Shown piece by piece: positions 61,129-64,000 of a stretch of DNA of 64,000 bases. The notes under the pieces were generated by a model that was not told where the DNA came from, searched no databases, and worked only from the letters and a program-made list of their open reading frames with translations. The position numbers were made by a program, and so were the translations under genes. The DNA is from Clostridiales bacterium (GTDB taxonomy: Bacteria; Bacillota; Clostridia; Christensenellales; Borkfalkiaceae), in the NCBI GenBank assembly GCA_015069565.1, contig SVIJ01000001.1, positions 8,056 through 72,055 on the forward strand, written 5' to 3'. Numbering within the stretch: the stretch's first letter is position 1; every line of letters begins with the position of its first letter.

Positions 61129-61407
61129 ATGACAACCTTTTTAATCTATTTACTCGTACTCGTCGTGATCAGCTTGGTCACCTTTTGGCAATACGCGTCG
61201 GACAAGATGCGCGCAAAGAACGATCTTTGGCGAATCCCCGAAGGGGCGCTGCTGGCGCTGAGCTTTTTTGGCGGCGCGATCGGTGGACTTGTGGGTATGT
61301 ACTACCTGCGCCACAAGACCAAGCACTGGTATTTCGTTGTAATCAACGTTTTCGGGCTTGTTTGGCAGTTGATTTTGGCGGCGTATCTTTTGGCAGTCGG
61401 CATCTAA
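61129..61407 (+). CDS. DUF1294-family small membrane protein
   Basis: WRIPEGALLALSFFGGAIGGLVGMYYLRHKTKHWYF. Confidence 0.7.
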   Translation: MTTFLIYLLVLVVISLVTFWQYASDKMRAKNDLWRIPEGALLALSFFGGAIGGLVGMYYLRHKTKHWYFVVINVFGLVWQLILAAYLLAVGI

Positions 61408-61410
61408 ACG

Positions 61411-62466
61411 ATGTGGACAAAGGAAGAAAAATGCCTGTTGTGGCTGGATAGCTTCCCGTTAGAGCCTGTAAAAAAGCAGGCGCTGATAGCGGCGGCAGGG
61501 AGCGCGTTGGCGCTCGTCAAAAGCTTTTCGCTTTACGCAAAGGACGTAGAGCCAGAGCTTGCGGAGCGGATGCAAACATCGCTTTCTGACGGCGAGTATT
61601 TTTCCGAGCTACAAGCAGGGCTGGAAAAAGAGAAAATCACCCCTGTTTTTTACGGCGGCGAAGGCTACCCAGAGGGTTGGCTTACTCTTGCGGACGCGCC
61701 CCTGTGCCTGTACGCAAAGGGGGATTTGGGGCTGCTGCAAGAAAAAAGGTTCGCGGTGGTTGGATCTCGAAGAACGACGGAAATCGGTCGGAAGACAGGC
61801 AAAAAAATCGCGGAAGCGCTGACGGCGCATTTTGCGGTGGTGACGGGCTCGGCGGACGGCGGCGACGAAGCGGCGCTTAGCGGCGCGCTTGCAGGCGGCA
61901 AGGCAATTTGCTTGCTGGCAGGCGGTTTTGGAAGCGTTCCAAAGGAAAATCCCTTGCTTTCCGAAACGGAAAAGAAGGGCTTATTGCTAGCGGCTTGCCC
62001 CTACGATACGCCTGTGAGAACGTATTCCTACGAATATAGAAACAAGTTGCTTGCGGCGGCTTGCGAAGGCGGACTGGTGCTGGGCGCGGCAAAAAAGAGC
62101 GGCTCGCTCATCACCGCCAAGTATCTCAAAGCGCAGGGGAAAAAGCTGTTTGCCATTCCCTATTCCCCGTCGGTGGCGGCAGGGGAAGGGTGCAACGCCT
62201 TGATCAAGGACGGCGCGTTCTTGACGGAAAGGGCGGAAGATATTTTCTCGCAGTACGGGATCACCGTAGAACAAAAGCCGAAGCCGACTCTTTCAGATAC
62301 GGAAAGCGCGGTTTTCAAGCTCTTGCAGGGGCTGGGGGAAGCGCACTTATCGGAAATTGCGAAGGACTCGGGGATACCCATATTCAAACTTACGGCAATC
62401 CTGTCGTCGCTCGAAGTGAAGGGCGCGGCGGTCAAATTAGGCGGAAACCGCTACGCAGCCGTCTAA
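61411..62466 (+). CDS. dprA: DNA processing protein DprA
   Basis: VVGSRRTTEIGRK...VVTGSADGGDEAAL...SGSLITAKYLKAQGKKLFAIP. Winged-helix C-terminus. Confidence 0.9.
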   Translation: MWTKEEKCLLWLDSFPLEPVKKQALIAAAGSALALVKSFSLYAKDVEPELAERMQTSLSDGEYFSELQAGLEKEKITPVFYGGEGYPEGWLTLADAPLCLYAKGDLGLLQEKRFAVVGSRRTTEIGRKTGKKIAEALTAHFAVVTGSADGGDEAALSGALAGGKAICLLAGGFGSVPKENPLLSETEKKGLLLAACPYDTPVRTYSYEYRNKLLAAACEGGLVLGAAKKSGSLITAKYLKAQGKKLFAIPYSPSVAAGEGCNALIKDGAFLTERAEDIFSQYGITVEQKPKPTLSDTESAVFKLLQGLGEAHLSEIAKDSGIPIFKLTAILSSLEVKGAAVKLGGNRYAAV

Positions 62467-62548
62467 AACGGACGAAAGCGGTTGAAAATTTATTATTATA
62501 GTCAATTTATAGGCTCGGCGCTTGGATCGAGCCGCAAAAGGAAAACGA

Positions 62549-64000
62549 ATGGATCTTATTATCGTTGAGTCGCCTTCCAAGGCGAAAACCATTGAAAAGT
62601 ACTTACAAGGTAAGTACTACGTACAAGCTTCCGCGGGACATATCCGCGATTTGCCCGTGCACTCCTTGGGGGTGGACGTGCGCAACAACTATGAACCGAA
62701 ATACGTCACTTCCGAAGGGAAGGAAGACATCATCAGCCGCCTGACGAACGCGATGAAAAAAGCGGGCAAAGTCTACCTTGCAACCGACCCTGATAGAGAA
62801 GGGGAAGCCATCTCTTGGCATTTGCAGACGGTTTTGGGGCTCGACCCGAACGGCGAACACCGTATCGAGTTCAACGAAGTTTCGCCCACGGCGATTCAAG
62901 CGGCGCTCGCAAAGCCGAGAAAAATTGATTACGGGCTCGTAGACGCGCAACAGGCGCGCCGTGTACTCGATCGACTGGTGGGGTATAAGCTTTCCACCCT
63001 GTTAAACCACAAGATCATCGACGAGAACGCGGACGGCAGACGCAGTCTTTCGGCGGGCAGAGTGCAATCGGTTGCCCTGCGCTTGATTGTGGAACGGGAA
63101 CGGGAAATCACCGCCTTCAAGCCCGAAGAATACTGGAACTTGACGGTGGAGCTTGTTGACGAGGAAGGCAAGCATTCCCCCTTCAAGGCGATGCTCGAAA
63201 AGAAGGGAACGAAAAAATACAAGCCTGCATCCAAGGCGGAAGCGGATAGCGTGATTGCGGCGCTTTTGGCAGGCAGCTACGTTGTGAAAAAGGTGAAAAA
63301 GTCGGTGGTGAAATCGCACGCACCCGCACCGTTCACGACGAGTACCTTGCAACAGGACGCGTCTTCCAAGCTCGGGTTTTCTTCGCCCGATACGATGTCC
63401 TTGGCGCAACACTTATACGAAGGTATTCAGACGTCGCGTGGCGACCACGTTGCGTTCATCACCTATATGAGAACGGACTCCGTCCGTGTTTCGCAGGACG
63501 CGCAAAACAAGGCGCTTGCGCACATTCGCGCGGTCTACGGCGACGCTTACGCGCCTGCAAAGCCCAACTATTATACGACCAAAAAGGGGGCGCAGGACGC
63601 GCACGAAGCGATTCGTCCCATCGACCTTTCGATGACCCCCGACAAGGCGAAGGGATTGCTTGACGCCCGTCACCACAAGCTCTATAAGCTCATCTACGAG
63701 CGTTTCTTGGCTTCGCAGATGGCGGAAGCGGTGTACAACAGCGCGCAGATGGAAATTGACAATAGCGGCTACGGCTTTAAGGCAAGTGGCAGGGTGCTCA
63801 AATTCCCTGGCTTCACCGCCGTATATCAGGATTTCTCGCAAAAAAGCGACGACGAAGGGATGGATAATTCCAAGCTTCTTCCCGACCTTTCCGAAGGGGA
63901 TACGGCGTTGCAAAAGGATATGAAGAGCGAGCAAAAGTTCACCAAGCCCCCCCTGCGCTATACGGACGCAACGCTCGTTAAAATGATGGAAGAAAAGGGG
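62549..64000 (+). CDS. topA: DNA topoisomerase I (3' end outside window)
   Basis: Manual translation MDLIIVESPSKAKTIEKYLQGKYYVQASAGHIRDLP (Toprim). The frame stays open to the window end. Absent from the ORF track because no stop is reached. Confidence 0.95.
   Translation, partial: MDLIIVESPSKAKTIEKYLQGKYYVQASAGHIRDLPVHSLGVDVRNNYEPKYVTSEGKEDIISRLTNAMKKAGKVYLATDPDREGEAISWHLQTVLGLDPNGEHRIEFNEVSPTAIQAALAKPRKIDYGLVDAQQARRVLDRLVGYKLSTLLNHKIIDENADGRRSLSAGRVQSVALRLIVEREREITAFKPEEYWNLTVELVDEEGKHSPFKAMLEKKGTKKYKPASKAEADSVIAALLAGSYVVKKVKKSVVKSHAPAPFTTSTLQQDASSKLGFSSPDTMSLAQHLYEGIQTSRGDHVAFITYMRTDSVRVSQDAQNKALAHIRAVYGDAYAPAKPNYYTTKKGAQDAHEAIRPIDLSMTPDKAKGLLDARHHKLYKLIYERFLASQMAEAVYNSAQMEIDNSGYGFKASGRVLKFPGFTAVYQDFSQKSDDEGMDNSKLLPDLSEGDTALQKDMKSEQKFTKPPLRYTDATLVKMMEEKG

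Overview
The window is a 64-kb chromosomal segment with gene order typical of Bacillota (Clostridia-like). GC is roughly 50% by eye and almost all genes are on the + strand.

**Core content**
- An Opp/Dpp-type peptide ABC transporter (1.7-9.0 kb).
- rpmG-secE-nusG-rplK-rplA-rplJ-rplL (25.2-29.0 kb).
- rpsB-tsf ... pyrH-frr-uppS-cdsA-dxr-rseP (35.5-44.7 kb).
- ylxM-ffh-rpsP-KH-rimM (45.0-48.0 kb).
- rplS, comM, dprA and topA (3' end cut by the window edge).

**Accessory content**
- A 1435-aa S8 peptidase surface protein.
- An island at 13.7-23.9 kb holding two TerB-like paralogues, RHS/YD-repeat remnants around an AT-rich lipoprotein gene, an alpha/beta hydrolase, the operon described below, and an XRE module.
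- An 8.6-kb block sits between rimM and rplS where trmD normally lies. It encodes a Sel1-repeat protein, a ThiT-like gene behind a TPP-riboswitch-like leader, an HD nucleotidase, an S1 protease, mutY, a flavoprotein and a CDF transporter.

**Best candidate for an undescribed system**
- The operon at 17.0-22.4 kb is bounded by a promoter and a terminator, and its genes are translationally coupled.
- It encodes two RimK-type ATP-grasp ligases, a TIR-NACHT-TPR (NLR-like) protein and an IMPase-family phosphatase.

**Second striking signal: dispersed, highly structured noncoding repeats**
- Arrays of short hairpins are punctuated by an invariant 7-mer (GTGAATT / AATTCAC, with GYGAKAT / ATATCAC variants). 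Between copies, changes fall in loops or are compensatory in stems. These arrays bracket accessory gene cassettes.
- A ~122-bp tandem or dispersed unit forms a second family.
- Two ~277-bp MITE-like elements have perfect 19-21-bp terminal inverted repeats. One is nested inside another repeat.

No rRNA, tRNA, CRISPR array, transposase or integrase gene was seen.

**Limits**
- All functional calls are from reading translated motifs and gene order.
- No database search was run.
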